A stretch of DNA of 64,000 nucleotides, taken from assembly GCF_009914755.1 (NCBI RefSeq), contig NC_060948.1; one strand, 5' to 3'. Of the stretch, positions 26,401 to 39,224 are shown piece after piece. The notes below the pieces were generated by a model. That model worked only from the letters and a program-made list of their open reading frames with translations, was not told the origin of the DNA and did not search any database. Numbering within the stretch: the first letter of the stretch is position 1; each line of letters begins with the position of its first letter. The stretch comes from the human T2T-CHM13v2.0 reference genome, Homo sapiens. Made by a program: the position numbers and the translations under genes.

Positions 26401-28945
26401 CCTGAAGTCTGATCAACAGAAGGACAATATGGATGAGCAAAGAATGCCTGTCCTGTTCAAGTTAAACTAAAGGATGCTGCCTCCTTTCCCTACCAAAGGC
26501 AGTATCCCCATAGACCCAAAGTCCAACAAGGACTCCAAAAGGTTGTTGAGGACCTAAAAGCCCAAGGCCTAATAAAACCATGGACTAGCCCCTGCAATAC
26601 TCCAATTTTAGGAGTACAGAAATCTAATGGACAGTGGAGGTTAGTGCAAGATCTCAGGATTATCACTGAGGCCACTGTCCCTCTGTACCCAGCTGTACCT
26701 AAACCTTATACTCTACTTTCCCAAATACCAGAGGAAGTAGAGTGTTTTGCAGTCCTGGACCTTAAGGATGCCTTTTTCTGCATCCCTGCACATCCTACCT
26801 CAATTCTTGTTTGCCTTTGAAGATCCTGGAAACCCAATGTCTCAACTCACTTGGACTGTTTTACCCCAAGGGTTCAGGGAAAGCCCCCATCTGTTCACTC
26901 AGGCATTAGCCCAAGACTTGAGCCATTTCTCCTACCTGGACACTCTTGTCCTTCAGTATGCGGATGATTGATTGATTGACTGATTGATTGATTTTGAGAT
27001 GGAGTCTCCCTCTGTCACCCAGGCTGGAGTACAGTAGTGCAATCTTGGCTCACTGCAAGCTCCGCTTCTCAGGTTCACACCATTCTCCTCCCTCAGCCTC
27101 CCCAGCAGCTGGGACTACAGGTGCACACCGCCACACCCGACTAATTTTTTGTATTTTTAGTAGATACAGGGTTTCACCATGTTAGCCAGGATGGTCTTGA
27201 TCTCCTGAACTTGTGATCCACCCACCTTGGCCTCTCAAAGTGCTGGGATAATAGATGTGAGCCACTGTGCCCAGTCGTGGATGATTTACTTTTAGCCACC
27301 CATTCAGAAACCTTGTGCCATCAAGCCATACAAGCGCTGTTAAATTTCCTCACCACCTGTGGCTACAAAGTTTCCAAACAAAAGCCTCAGCTCTGCTCAC
27401 AGCAGGTTGCATACTTAGGGCTAAAATTACCCAAGGGCACCAGGGCCCTCAATGAGGAACTTACCCAGCCTATACTGGCTTATCCTCATCCCAAAACCCT
27501 AGAGCAACTGAGAAGTTCCTTGGAATAACAGGCTTCTGCTGAATATGGATTCCCAGGTATGGCGAAATAGCCAGGCCATTATATACATTAATTAAGGAAA
27601 CTCAGAAAGCCAATACGCATTTAGTAAGATGGACACCTGAAACAAAAGTGGCTTTCCATGCTCTAAAGAAGGCCCTAACCCAAGCCCCAGTGTTAAGCTT
27701 GCCAATGGGGCAAGACTTTTCTTTATATGTCAGAGAAAAAACAGGAATAGCTTTAGGAGTCTTTACAGAGGTTTGAGGGACCAGCTTGCAACCTGTGGCA
27801 TACCTGAGTGAGAAAATTGATGTAGTGGCAAAGGATTGGCCTCACTGTTTACAGGTAGTGGTGGCAGTAGCAGTCTTAGTATCTGAAGCAGTTAAAATTA
27901 TACAGGGAAGAGATCTTACTGTGTGGACATCTCATGATATAAATGGCATACTCACTGCTAAAGGAGACTTGTGGCTGTCAGACAACCATTTGCTTAAATA
28001 TCAGGCTCTATTAATTGAAGGGCCAGTGCTGTGACTGCGTACTTTTGCAGCTCTTAACCCACACACATTTATTCCAGACAATGAGGAAAAGATAGAACAT
28101 AACTGTCAACAGGTGATTGCTCAAACCTACGCTGCTCAAGGGGTCCTTCTAGAGGTTCCCTTGACTGATCCCTATCTCAACTTGTATACTGATGGAAGTT
28201 CCTTTGTAGAAAAAGGATTTTGAAATGTGGGGTACGCAATGGTCAGTGATAATGGAATACTTGAAAGTAATCCCCTCACTCCAGGAACTAGCACTCAGCT
28301 GGCCGAACTAATAGCCCTCACTAGGGCACTAGAATTAGGAAAATGAAAAGGGGTAAATTTATATACAGATTCTTAAGTATGCTTACTTAGTCCTCCATGC
28401 CCATGCAACAATATAGAGAGAAAGGGAATTCCTAACTTCTGAAGGAACACCTATCAAACATCAGGAAGCCATTAGGGGATTATTATTGGCTGTACAGAAA
28501 CCTAAAGATGTGGCCGTCTTACACAGCTGAGGTCATCAGAAAGGAATGGAAAGGGAAATAGAAGGGAACTGCCAAGTGCATATTGAAGCCAAAAGAGCTG
28601 CAAAGCAGGATCCTCCATTAGAAATGCTTATGGAAGGACCCCTAGTAAGGTGTAATCCCCTCTGTAAAACCAAGCCCCAGTACTCAGCAGGAGAAATAGT
28701 ATAGGAAAACCCATGAGGACATAGTTTCCTCCCCTCAGGATAGCTATCCACCAAGGAAGGAAAAATACTTTTTCCTACAACTAACCAATGGAAATTGCTT
28801 AAAATCTTTCACCAAACCTTTCACTTAGGCATTGGTAGCACCCATTGGATGGCCAAATTATTATTTACTGGATGAGTCCTTTTCAAAACTATCAAGCAGA
28901 TAGTCAGGGCCTGTGAAGTGTGCCAAAGAAATAATCCCCTGCACT
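26400..28945 (+). pseudogene. HERV-W pol remnant (RT, RNase H, integrase N-terminus)
   Basis: Motifs WRLVQDLR, LPQGF, Y(A/V)DD split by an Alu, YTDGSS and CEVC; contains stops and frameshifts. Confidence 0.9.
26970..27276 (-). mobile_element. AluY-like element inside the RT YxDD motif
   Basis: TSD GYGGATGATT (26960-26969 and 27277-27286); the tail has become (TGAT)n. Confidence 0.9.
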
Positions 28946-28954
28946 GCAGGCCAT

Positions 28955-29190
28955 TTGAATCCCTATATCTTTAACTTCCTTGTTAAGTGTGTCTCTTCCA
29001 GAATCGAAGCTGTAAAACTACGAATCATTCTTCAGATGGAGCCACAGATTCAGTCCATGACTAAGATCTACCACAGACCCCTGGACCAGCCTGCTAGCCC
29101 ATGCTCCGACATTGATGACATCAAAGGCACCCCTCACAGGGAAATCTCAACTCCACAACCCCTACTACAATACAATTCAGCAGGAAACAA
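28955..29190 (+). pseudogene. HERV-W env cytoplasmic-tail remnant
   Basis: SSRIEAVKLRIILQMEPQIQSMTKIYHRPLDQPASP, homologous to the syncytin-1/MSRV Env C-terminus. Confidence 0.9.
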
Positions 29191-29248
29191 AGTGATCATT
29201 GGCCAACCTCCCCAACAGCACTTGGGATTTCCTGTCGAGAAGGGGGAC

Positions 29249-29999
29249 TGAGAAGTAGAACTAACTGGATTTCCTAGGTCGACTAAGAATCCCTAAGCCT
29301 AGCTGTGAAGGTGACCGCATCCACCTTTAAACACAGGGCTTGCAACTTAGCTCACACCCAACCATTCAAGTAGAAAAGAGAGCTCACTAAAATGATAATT
29401 AGGTAAAAACAGGAGGTAAAGAAATAGCCAATCATCTATCACCTAAGAACACAGTGGGAGGGACAATGATGGGATATGCACCCAGGCATTGGAGCCAGCA
29501 ATGGATCCCCTCCTTTTGTATGGGAGCTCTGTATTCACGCTATTATAAAGTCTTACATCTGCACATTCTTCTGGTCCATGTTTGTTATGGCTCAAGCTGA
29601 GCTTTTGCTCTCTGTCCACTCCTGCTCTTTGCTGCCATTGCAGACCCACCACTGACTTACACCCCTCCAGATCCAGCAGGGTGTCAGCTGTGCTCCTCAT
29701 CCAGTGAGGCACCTATTGCTGCTCCTGATTGGACTAAAGGCTTGCCATTGTTCCTGCATGGCTAAGTGCCTGGGTTTGTCCTAATTGAGCTGAACACTAG
29801 TCCGTGGGTTCCACAGTTCTCTTCTGTGACCCACGACTTCTAATAGAGCTATAACACTCACTGCATGGCCCAAGATTCCATTCCTTGGAATCCGTGAGGC
29901 CAAGAACCCCAGATCAGAGAAGAAGAGGCTTGCCACCATCTTGGAAGTGACACAAGATGCCATCTGGGGAGCTCTAGGAGCAAGGACCCCTTGGTAGCA
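29249..29999 (+). mobile_element. 3' LTR17
   Basis: Follows the PPT, is homologous to the 5' LTR and ends GGTAGCA. Confidence 0.95.
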
Positions 30000-30149
30000 C
30001 TTCCAGCTCAGCCTCCCAAATCACGCTATTACAAGCATGAGCCACTCTTTGTGGCCGCCACCTACTTTTTGAACTCCAATTGTATTAAACACCATAATAG
30101 ACACTTTTGTCTGTTATATTTCATGGATCATAAACTTTTTTATGTATAA

Positions 30150-30365
30150 TTTTACCTTTTATTTTAGATTCGGGTGGTACAAATGCAGGTGTTTTACATG
30201 GGTATATCATGTGACACCAAGGTTTGGAATACAGATGATCCCATCACCCAAGTGCTGAGCATAGAATCCAACTGTTAGTTTTTCAGCCTTGCCCCCTCCA
30301 TCTCTCCACACTCTAATATTCCCTAATATCTACTGTTCCTAAATTTATGTCGATGTATATATTAT
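30150..30365 (-). mobile_element. Old L1PA/PB 3' end fragment
   Basis: Contains TTTATTTTAGATTCGGGTGGTACA...GATCCCATCACCCAAGT. Confidence 0.75.
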
Positions 30366-30957
30366 ATTTCTTAGAGTTCCCTGAATAATGGTCAGGGAAG
30401 GTAATGTGAATGATGCAAAGATGATTATGAATAAAATATTCAGTTTTCTGGAGTGAGCAGGACACTTTTTCATGCAAAATTCCATTTGAATCCTCCACCT
30501 CCAGCCAGCGCGGTGTAGGGAGAGGAAGAGAGACAGACCTATTAAAAGTTATATTTGTTCTCTTGCAGTCTTGTGACTTACTTCTTAATGAAAACCCTTA
30601 TTGTTTTATAAGAAAAGGAGAATGAATGCAGTGTTTGAGATGGAGTTATCTAGAATTTTTAGAAGCATAAACAGACATTGAAAAATTATAGAAAACAAAG
30701 GCAGAAAAGCAGAAAAGACATAGTAGGTCAGATGGTATTTTAGGCAAATACACCATAAACTGGCCACCCAGGTCTGCATCTCTAGGGCTTTCCCAAAGAG
30801 GAGCAAAGCAGTTTATATTCTATTATTATCACCACCATCACCTTTATTTCCCCCCTTACATGATGGATGTCAATATCATGATCATTCTCGTTGTCTGTAT
30901 AACCGTCATCATCATCATTAATACCTCATAAATTTTTTCATGTTATTTTTAACATAG

Positions 30958-31406
30958 TTAGAAAGAAAGAGATTTTGGGCCTCCCAAATCACTAAGCTAA
31001 AAGGAAAAGTCAAGCTGGAAACTGCTCAGGGCAAACCTGCCTTCCATTCTATGCAAAGTCACCGTCTGTTCACTAAGACAGATGTATATTCTGATTGCTT
31101 CTTTTGGAAAGACTTATCAGAAACTCAAATGAATGCAACCATTTTTCTCTCAGCTACTTGTGACCTGGAAGCCAGTTCCCTGCTTCTGTTGTCCCCATCT
31201 TTCTGGAAGAAGCTAATATACTTCTTACATATATTGATTGATGTCTCATATCTCTCTACAATGTATAAAACTAAGCTGTTCCCCTACCAACTTGGGCACA
31301 TGTCATCAGGACTTCCTGAGGTTGTGTCATGGATGTACGTCCTAAATCTTGGCAAAATAAACTTTCTAAATTAAACCAGACCCATCTCAAATTTTGGCAG
31401 CTCACA
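30958..31406 (+). mobile_element. MER4A-like solo LTR
   Basis: Contains AAATCACTAAGCTAAAAGGAAAAGTCAAGCTGG, ends CTCACA and has a 4-bp TSD ATAG. Confidence 0.85.
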
Positions 31407-32594
31407 ATAGCACATAAACAACACACCTTCCCGTTCCCCAAAATATTAGCGCAGGATAAAAATCTAAGAGTATTTCATAGCAACTGATAGTTTGACCAAA
31501 AAAAAAAAAAGTTTTCTTTTCCCAAAATAAAGTTCTGTGGCTTCTGTCAGGGAAAGTTTTTTGTTTGCTTATTTGTGGGTTTTTTGTTTAGTTTGGTTTC
31601 GTCTTTTGTTTGTGGCTTTGGTGGTTTGTGGTTGGGTTTCTTTCTGGCTTAAACATTTCTTGGTGAACAAATGTTTATGTCTTCAGGTCTGTAGACTTAG
31701 ATAACTATCTTAATCTGAGAAATCTAAAGTTTTGAATTGTTCTGTGAATACCAGTGAAGGAATCCACCTTCCCTCTGAAACCATATTCACAAGGCCTAAC
31801 TTGAGGATGCTAGAACCATTTTCAACAACAAAGACACCACATTCATGCTTCCATGGCATACTGCATGTCCACTTCAAGATAGCACCTTTGTATACATTTG
31901 ATTATTCCCCTTACACCCATCTTACTTTGTAGTGTCTTCTGAATGATGAACAACCCAAGACTTATATGGTCAGAACTGAGATCTGAGATTGTCAGAACAA
32001 AGTGTCCTACTGTTTTTTTTCTGCTTGGAATGTTATTCCACAATATTCTACAATATTCAGTGCCATGCAATTGAATGTGAAATATTCAATAAATATTCAA
32101 TATTCAAAAACATATTCAATGCTATTCAAAATATTCTATGCCAAATACAGGAACTGGACAAGAAGAAGGACCCTAGTCTCAATGTTGAAACAGCATCCTG
32201 TGTCAGGCATTGCCAGTGTGAACCATGAGGAGATTGGGAGTCCCATTCTGGAGTGTGGAATCCAGAGAGTGAGGTGTGGGACAGAGGCTCTTTGACATAC
32301 CACCTCATTGGTGTGGCCATATTTTAAGCCCAAGAACATCCCAAGAAATATTGTAAAGCTAGGAAGTATGTACAAACTGTACTCAGGTTTTGTTCTGAAA
32401 TTTAGTGATTTGTACTTTGTGGCTTGCCCACTTCCAAAAACTCATGCAACATGAGTTGACAGTTAGTATTTTAATACAAATAGTTACGATTTTAGGGAGA
32501 CCAAAAAAAAAAATGTTTTCCTGAGAAGAAAATACCTTAGCTGTACATTTGTGTAAAGTGATTTTGATGAAATATGTAGTCAAACAATGACACA

Positions 32595-33175
32595 GTGATA
32601 TAGCTTGCTAAAGTCAATATTTATGTTACCCTCAATTGAAAATCAAATCCCCAAGGTGATGGTGTTAGGTGGTGGTGTCTTTGGGAGGTGATGAGATCAT
32701 AAGTGTGGAGCCTCATGAATGGGATGAGTGCCCTTATAAAAGTGGTCTCAGAAAGCTCCCTTGTTCCTTCCACCATGTGAGGATACAAAGAGAAGGCACT
32801 GTCTGTGAAACAGGAAGAAGATCCTCACCAGGCATCGATCTTGGACTTCCAGTCTCCAGAACTGTGAGCAGTAAATGTCTTTTTTTTAATCCATTTCCCA
32901 TTTACCCGAAGAATACTCTTTTCCCTCATCCTAATGTAATAGAAGAAGTGTATAAGATTTTATATTAGGATTAGACATAATTGCATTTTAGAAATAACTC
33001 CAAGAACAGTTTTCGTACTTTATTTTCCCATTGGAAATCAGATTTCCCTCAGTCAAAGAGTGTGTTATGTCAAATTTAATGAGCGCTGGCAGTGATCTGC
33101 ACCTTTTTTCTAAATGGGAAATGGGTTAAAAGCCATTCATTTTATAATATTTTTTCATAGCAGTCTGAAAATACA
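32595..33175 (+). mobile_element. MLT1A/MST-type MaLR LTR
   Basis: Contains GGAGCCTCATGAATGGGATGAGTGCCCTTATAAAA and GGACTTCCAGTCTCCAGAACTGTGAG. Confidence 0.8.
32890..33125 (+). mobile_element. MER75B-like piggyBac MITE
   Basis: TIRs (T)CCATTTCCCATTT and AAATGGGAAATGGG, flanked by TTAA TSDs (32886-32889 and 33126-33129). Confidence 0.85.
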
Positions 33176-33339
33176 GAGCTCCAGTGAGATGTCCCAGAGG
33201 ATAAAAAACATTGGTATCATCTTTCTACTGTTTTGATGTTCTTTTTAAAGGAGGAAGGAAGGAATACCCCATGAATTCCACTTGGGCTAGACCTTTTATT
33301 TTACCCTATTTCTAGTTACCAACAATGCATTGCTACTTG

Positions 33340-33485
33340 CTGTAGTCCAAGCACCAACAATGTTGGCAGCATCCAGGACCTGGTTAGGAAGAAAAACAAC
33401 CTGGACTCACCAAAACTTCCGAGATCACATTCTTCATTTTCATGCCAGTCACTCAGTGATTTGTTTGCAAGTTAACACTTAAGGA
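33340..33485. mobile_element. MER5A-like hAT fragment
   Basis: Degenerate CAGCATC...GGTTAGGAA...CATTTT...GTGATT motifs. Confidence 0.5.
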
Positions 33486-33542
33486 GCTATGTCTAGGGAC
33501 AGAGCATTTTCTCAATCCATGATGCAACTTCTAGGGCTAGAT

Positions 33543-34003
<461 letters not shown>

Positions 34004-34219
34004 TCAGAGGACAAAGAATTCTCCTGGATGCTTCCCATAATAAGCCATTGGTTTATCCTACAGTTACCTGCTGTGAATGTGTATGTTTTTCTTCTATTCC
34101 TCCTGATAGTTTATTGGAAATACTGCCTTCTGAAGTAAACTTTTTTTTAATCTCCCATCCGATTCTTCAACAAAGAGGCTAAGTAAACAACACACAGAAA
34201 GAATTATTTTTTTCCACTT

Positions 34220-34825
34220 CTTTTTCTTGTTTTCTTTTTGGGAAAGGTTCTCACTCTATTGCCCAGGCTGAAATGCAGTGTTGGGATCATGGCTCATTGC
34301 AGCCTCCAAATTCCTGGGCTCAACTCATCCTCCCACCTTAGCCTCCCAAGTAGCTGGGACTCCAATCACACACCACCACACCCAGCTAATCAAAAAAAAA
34401 TTATTTTTTGAGATAAAGTCTCATTCTGTTGTCCAGACTGGAGTGCAGTGGAGTAATCGTTTATTACTGCAACCTCCACTTTCTTAGCTCAAGGAATTCT
34501 CGTGCCACAGCCTCTCAAGTAGCTAGGATTACAGGGGTGCACTACCATATCTGACTGATTTTTGTATTATTACTACAGACAGGGTTTCACCATTTTGGCC
34601 AGGCCAATCCTGAACTTCTGGCCTCAAGTGATCCATCTGCCTTGGCCTCTCATAGTACTGGGATTATAGGCATGAGACACTGTGCCCAGCCCCAGTTTTT
34701 TATTTTTTGTAGAGACGAAGTCTTGCTCTGTTGCCCAGGCTAGTCTCAAACTCCTGGCTCAAGAAATTGTTCGACTTCAGCTTTCCAAAGTGCTGAAATT
34801 ACAGGTGTGAGCCACTGTGCCTGGC
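34220..34825 (-). mobile_element. Nested antisense Alus (AluJ host with inner Alu at about 34402-34690)
   Basis: Two interleaved antisense Alu bodies. Confidence 0.85.
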
Positions 34826-34861
34826 AAGAAGCACTTCTTGGGTGTCAAGTGTATTTACCCC

Positions 34862-36390
34862 ATGTGGTTTTTCTGGGGCTGCCATAATGCATTGTCACAA
34901 CCTGAACAGCTTTTAAAAACACAGGAGTTTATTGTCTCCCAGTCCCAGAGGACAGCAGTCTGAAATCAAGGTATGTCAGGGCTGCTCTTTTTCTGGAGGT
35001 TCTAAGAAGGATCTTTCCTGCCTCTCCCAGCTCCTGGGGGCATCAGGCATCCCTAGACTTGTGGATGCATCTCTCTAGTCTCTCTACCTCTTGTGTGGAC
35101 TTCTGCTCTGTATCTGTGTCTCCTCTTCTGTGTCTTAGAAGAACACCTGTCATTGGATTCAGGGCCCACCCTAATCCAGGATGATATCATCTCAAGGTCT
35201 TTACTTGATTATATCTGCAAAGACCCTATTTCCAAATAGTGTTCCATTCAGAGGTTCTGGGGGATAGGACAGGAACATATGTTTTAGGGCCAACATTTAA
35301 CTAATTGCAGTTGTGTCCAGTTTCTCTTGGAGGCTCTAAACAAGGATTCTTTCTGCCTCTTCCAGCTCCTGGTGGCTCCAGGCACCCCTGAGTTTGTGAC
35401 CATATCACTCCAGTCTCTGTCTTTGTCTCCATCAGTTCTTCTCTTCTGTGTCTGTGTCTCCTCATCTGTCTCCTAGAAAGACACCTGTCATTGGATGCAG
35501 GACCCTCCCTAATATGGATTAGCTGTGTCCCCACCCAAATCTCATCTTGAATTGTAACTTCCACAATTCCCACATGTTGTAGGAGGAAGATGTGGGAAGT
35601 GATTGAATCATGGGGGTTGGTCTTTCCCATGCTGTTCTGGTGATAATGAGTGGGTCTCATAAGATTTGATGGTTTTAAAAAACGGGAGGTTCCCTGCACA
35701 TGCACTCTCTTTGCCTGCCACCATCTACCTAAGTTGTAATTTTCTTCTCCTTGCCTTCCCCTATGATTGTGAGCCTTCCCAAGCCATGTGGAATTGTAAG
35801 TTCATTAAAACTTTTTATTTTGCAAATTGCCCAGTCTTGGGTATGTCTTTATCAGAAACATGAAAATAGACTAATACACTCTGAAATCCAGGATAAGCTC
35901 ATCATGGAATCCTTTACTACTAACATCTTCAAAGACTCTATTTCTAAATGAAATACCATGACAATTTCTGCGTATTAGAAGTTGAACATATTTTGGGGGG
36001 ATCACCATTCAATCCATTGCGATTGTGTTTGGTTCCTTTAAGAAGCTCTAGGGGAGAATCCCTCCTCCATCTCCAGCTCCTGGGGCTCTAGGTGTCCCTG
36101 GGCTTTTGGCTGTATAAGTCAAGTCTTTGCCTCCTGCTCTACACAACTTTCTCTGATGTGTCTGTCTCTTCTTCCATCTCTTAGAAGGATACTTATCACA
36201 GGACTCAGGCCCCTCCCTAATCCAGGAATGTCTCATCTTTAGGTCCTTAATCTCTATCTGCATCACTGACATCACGTACATTCTTCGCTACATCTGCAAA
36301 TACCCAGTTTGCAAATAATGCCACATTCACGGGCTGAGAGTTCAGGATTCAACATATCTCACTTGGGCATACAATTCAGCCATCAACAAA
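34862..36390 (-). mobile_element. Tandem chain of MLT1A/B/C-like LTR segments
   Basis: Three recurrences of CCAGCTCCTGG...CACCTGTCATTGGA...CCCTAATCCAGGA. Confidence 0.75.
35510..35878 (+). mobile_element. THE1-type solo LTR
   Basis: Runs from ATATGGATTAGCTGTGTCCCCACCCAAATCTCATCTTGAATTGTA to ACTAATACA. Confidence 0.9.
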
Positions 36391-36496
36391 GAAATGTGAA
36401 TCCGTGGTAACCTCTTCTGTGCTTTCAAGCCATCACCTTCATTATATGGGGTTTCTTCTTTCTAAAATTTATTTTTACATATAGTAGCCACAGCTG

Positions 36497-36539
<43 letters not shown>

Positions 36540-36820
36540 TTGAGACAGAGTCTCTCTCTGTCACTTAGGCTAAAGTGCAGTGGTGCAATCTTGGCTCAGT
36601 GCAAGCTCTGCCTCCCCAGTTCAAGTGATTCTCCCACTTCAGCCTCCTGAGTAGCTGGGATTACTGGTGCCCGCCACCATGCCTGGCTAATTTTTGTATT
36701 TTTAGTAGAGGCAGGGTTTCATCATGCTGGCCCAGCTGTTCTCAAACTACTGGCATCAAATGATACACCCACCTCAGCCTCCCAAAGTGCTGGGATTATA
36801 TGAGCCACTGCACCAAGCCA
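36497..36820 (-). mobile_element. AluS with a (TTTA)n tail
   Basis: TSD AGCTGTTATT. Confidence 0.9.
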
Positions 36821-36999
36821 GCTGTTATTTTTGAAGCACTCATGAGGTACCAGTCGCTTCTTATCTTCTTTGCAAACTAAAAATCACATAATTTTCACGC
36901 AAATCCTATAAGGAAAGTATTACTGTATTTTATGAATGGGGAAGCAAAAATTTGGAAACACTAAGACAAGCCTAATATTTTACATTTAAAATATGGCGG

Positions 37000-37875
37000 T
37001 TACCATTTCTAAATATATCTCCAAGAGAAATGAAAATGTGTTTTCACGTAAACACTTTAACATACATATTCACAGCAGCATTATTCACAATAGCCTTAAG
37101 GTGGTAACAGCATCAAATGGCCTGTCAGCAAATGAATGCATAAACTAAATATGATCCATCCATATAATGGAATATTCTTCAACCCTAAAAAGGACTGAAG
37201 TTCTGACACAGGTCGCCGCATGAGTGAAACTTGAAGGCATTTTGCTAAGTGATGGAAGCCGGTCACAAAAGGCTGTGTTCCAAGTGATATTATTTACAGG
37301 ATAAGCCCAAACAAGGATATCAATGTAGATGGAAAGTAGATTCGTGGTTGCTTAGGGATGGACAGAGGGGGGTGTAAAGGGGTTTATAGAAATATAGTTT
37401 ACATACTATAAAATTTACCCACTTAATGCATACAATTCAATGGTTCTTAGTGTATTCACAGGATTGTGCAACCATAACCACTGTCAGTTTTAGAACATTT
37501 CATTTCTTCAGTAGGAAGCTTCATACTCTTTAGCTACATGTTCGAAAACTGATAGTGGTGATACTTGCACAACTCTGTTGAACCACACTCAGTGTAACAA
37601 GCCAGGCACAAAAGACCATACGTTGTTTGATTCCATTTATACCCAATGTCTATAACAGGCAAATGCACAGAGTCAGAACATAAATTAGTGGTTGTTAGGG
37701 GATGGACAGCTGGAATGGGAAGTGATCTGTAGTGGGTACAGTGTCTCATTTTGGAAGGATGAAAATGTTTTGGAACTAAATAGAGATACAGTTGTGAACA
37801 TATTAAATATCACGGAGTTTTACACTTTAAAATGGTGTATTTTATGTTCTATACATTTCCTCTCGATAGAGAAAA
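37000..37875 (+). mobile_element. L1MB/ME 3' fragments (with a small antisense piece at about 37385-37535)
   Basis: Contains CACAGCAGCATTATTCACAATAGCC, TGATTCCATTTATA and TACACTTTAAAATGG. Confidence 0.75.
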
Positions 37876-37941
37876 AAATACCTTTTCCTAGCTCTCAAAG
37901 CCTACAGTGGACATCACCTCAGTCACCTCAGAAGTTAATCT

Positions 37942-38225
37942 CCAGGACCAATCCCAGTGGTTCACACATGTAATTTCAGCATTTTTGGAGGCCAAAGTAA
38001 AAGTACCACTGAAGCCCAGGAGTTCAAGACTAGTGTAGGCAACACAGCAAGATCCTATCTTCACAAAAAACAAAATAAAAATTTAGCTGGGCATGGTGGA
38101 GCACCCTGAAGACAAAGCTGGGAATATTGCTTCACCCCAGTATTTCAAGGCTGGAGTGAGTCATGATTACACAATTGCACTCCAGCCTGGACAACAGAGT
38201 AAGTCCTCATAAAAACATTTTTTAA
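37942..38225 (+). mobile_element. AluJ (diverged)
   Basis: Alu arms remain recognisable. Confidence 0.75.
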
Positions 38226-38784
38226 TTAAAAAACAAGGTTAAGAGCAGAGAGAATCCTTGCCCTCCCCATCCCCACACTGTCCACAACTCAATGCACAAA
38301 TAGATCCCAATCTTTCTGTATATTTATACAAGACTTTATCTTAAAAGATTTATCTGTGCACCACTTTGGGGAAATTTTTGAAAGAAATGTGTCATCAGAA
38401 TGTTGGGAATTTTAAAGATAGTTTAATCTCATTGACTTTACAACTTTTATTCGGTTTTCTAGAAGATAATACAAAATCCCTATGGACATAGAAGGGAAGG
38501 GTAATATGCAATTAGCAGAAAGTTTATAAATTAAGAACTGCACTTATTTATAAGATGATAACACTGGCCTCATTATTTAAAAAAGTACAGGTAAGTGGCA
38601 CACCAATTATATCCCAGGAAGAAGTGGCAGACATTCAATGGTGTGAAAAACTAATCCTATTTTTATATGGTCCAAAACACCTGAAAGTACCTCAAACATA
38701 TACAGCTTCCAGTGCTGGGTGACCATGGGAGAAAGCCATGAGTTTTCAAACCCGTGCCAGCATGTCCCTGAAGTTTTCACTTAC

Positions 38785-39070
38785 TTTTTTTGAGGGGGTT
38801 GGAGGGAGGCAGTGTCTCCTTCTGTTACCCAGGCTGGAGTGCTGTGGCACAATTGTAACACATTGCAGCCTTGGACACCCAGTATCAAGTCATCATCCCA
38901 CCTCTTAGCCTCCCAAGTAGCTGGGACCAAAGAAGTGCACCACGGTATCTGTTCAATTTTTAAATTTTGTAGAGATGGGGTCTCACTATTTTGCCCAAAC
39001 TGGTCTGAAACTCCTGGGCTCAAGTGCCTCCTAGAGAACTGAGATTACAAGTGTGAGGCACTGGGCCCCA
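38785..39070 (-). mobile_element. AluJ (diverged)
   Basis: TSD TTTCACTTACTT. Confidence 0.8.
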
Positions 39071-39224
39071 AATTTCACTTACTTATTTTGAAAACAAGTT
39101 GCAGCCCATTAGAGAAGTTCCAGAATCCACAGGTTTTGTATAGGATGGGGATGAAATTCTTACTTCCTACTCCATCAACACCATCAGCCAAAGGAAAGAG
39201 AACACATTGCTCTGGGCTGCAGTA

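Larger units (their letters stand above)
22438..29999 (+). mobile_element. HERV-W (HERV17) provirus, internally deleted and non-coding
   Basis: Two complete LTR17 copies, a PBS, gag-pro-pol remnants, the env tail, PPT GAGAAGGGGGAC and a 4-bp TSD CCTC/CTTC. Confidence 0.95.
22225..30057 (-). mobile_element. AluJ split by the HERV-W provirus (22225-22437 and 30000-30057)
   Basis: GGCTTCAAGTGAACCTC resumes after the provirus as CTTCCAGCTCAGCCTCCCAAA. Confidence 0.85.

Noticed and set aside
32126-32320. WYVKEPLSHTSLSG resembling factor VIII C2 MYVKEFLISSSQDG
   Set aside because: The match is short, lacks the upstream TQG motif and has no usable acceptor. It is likely chance.
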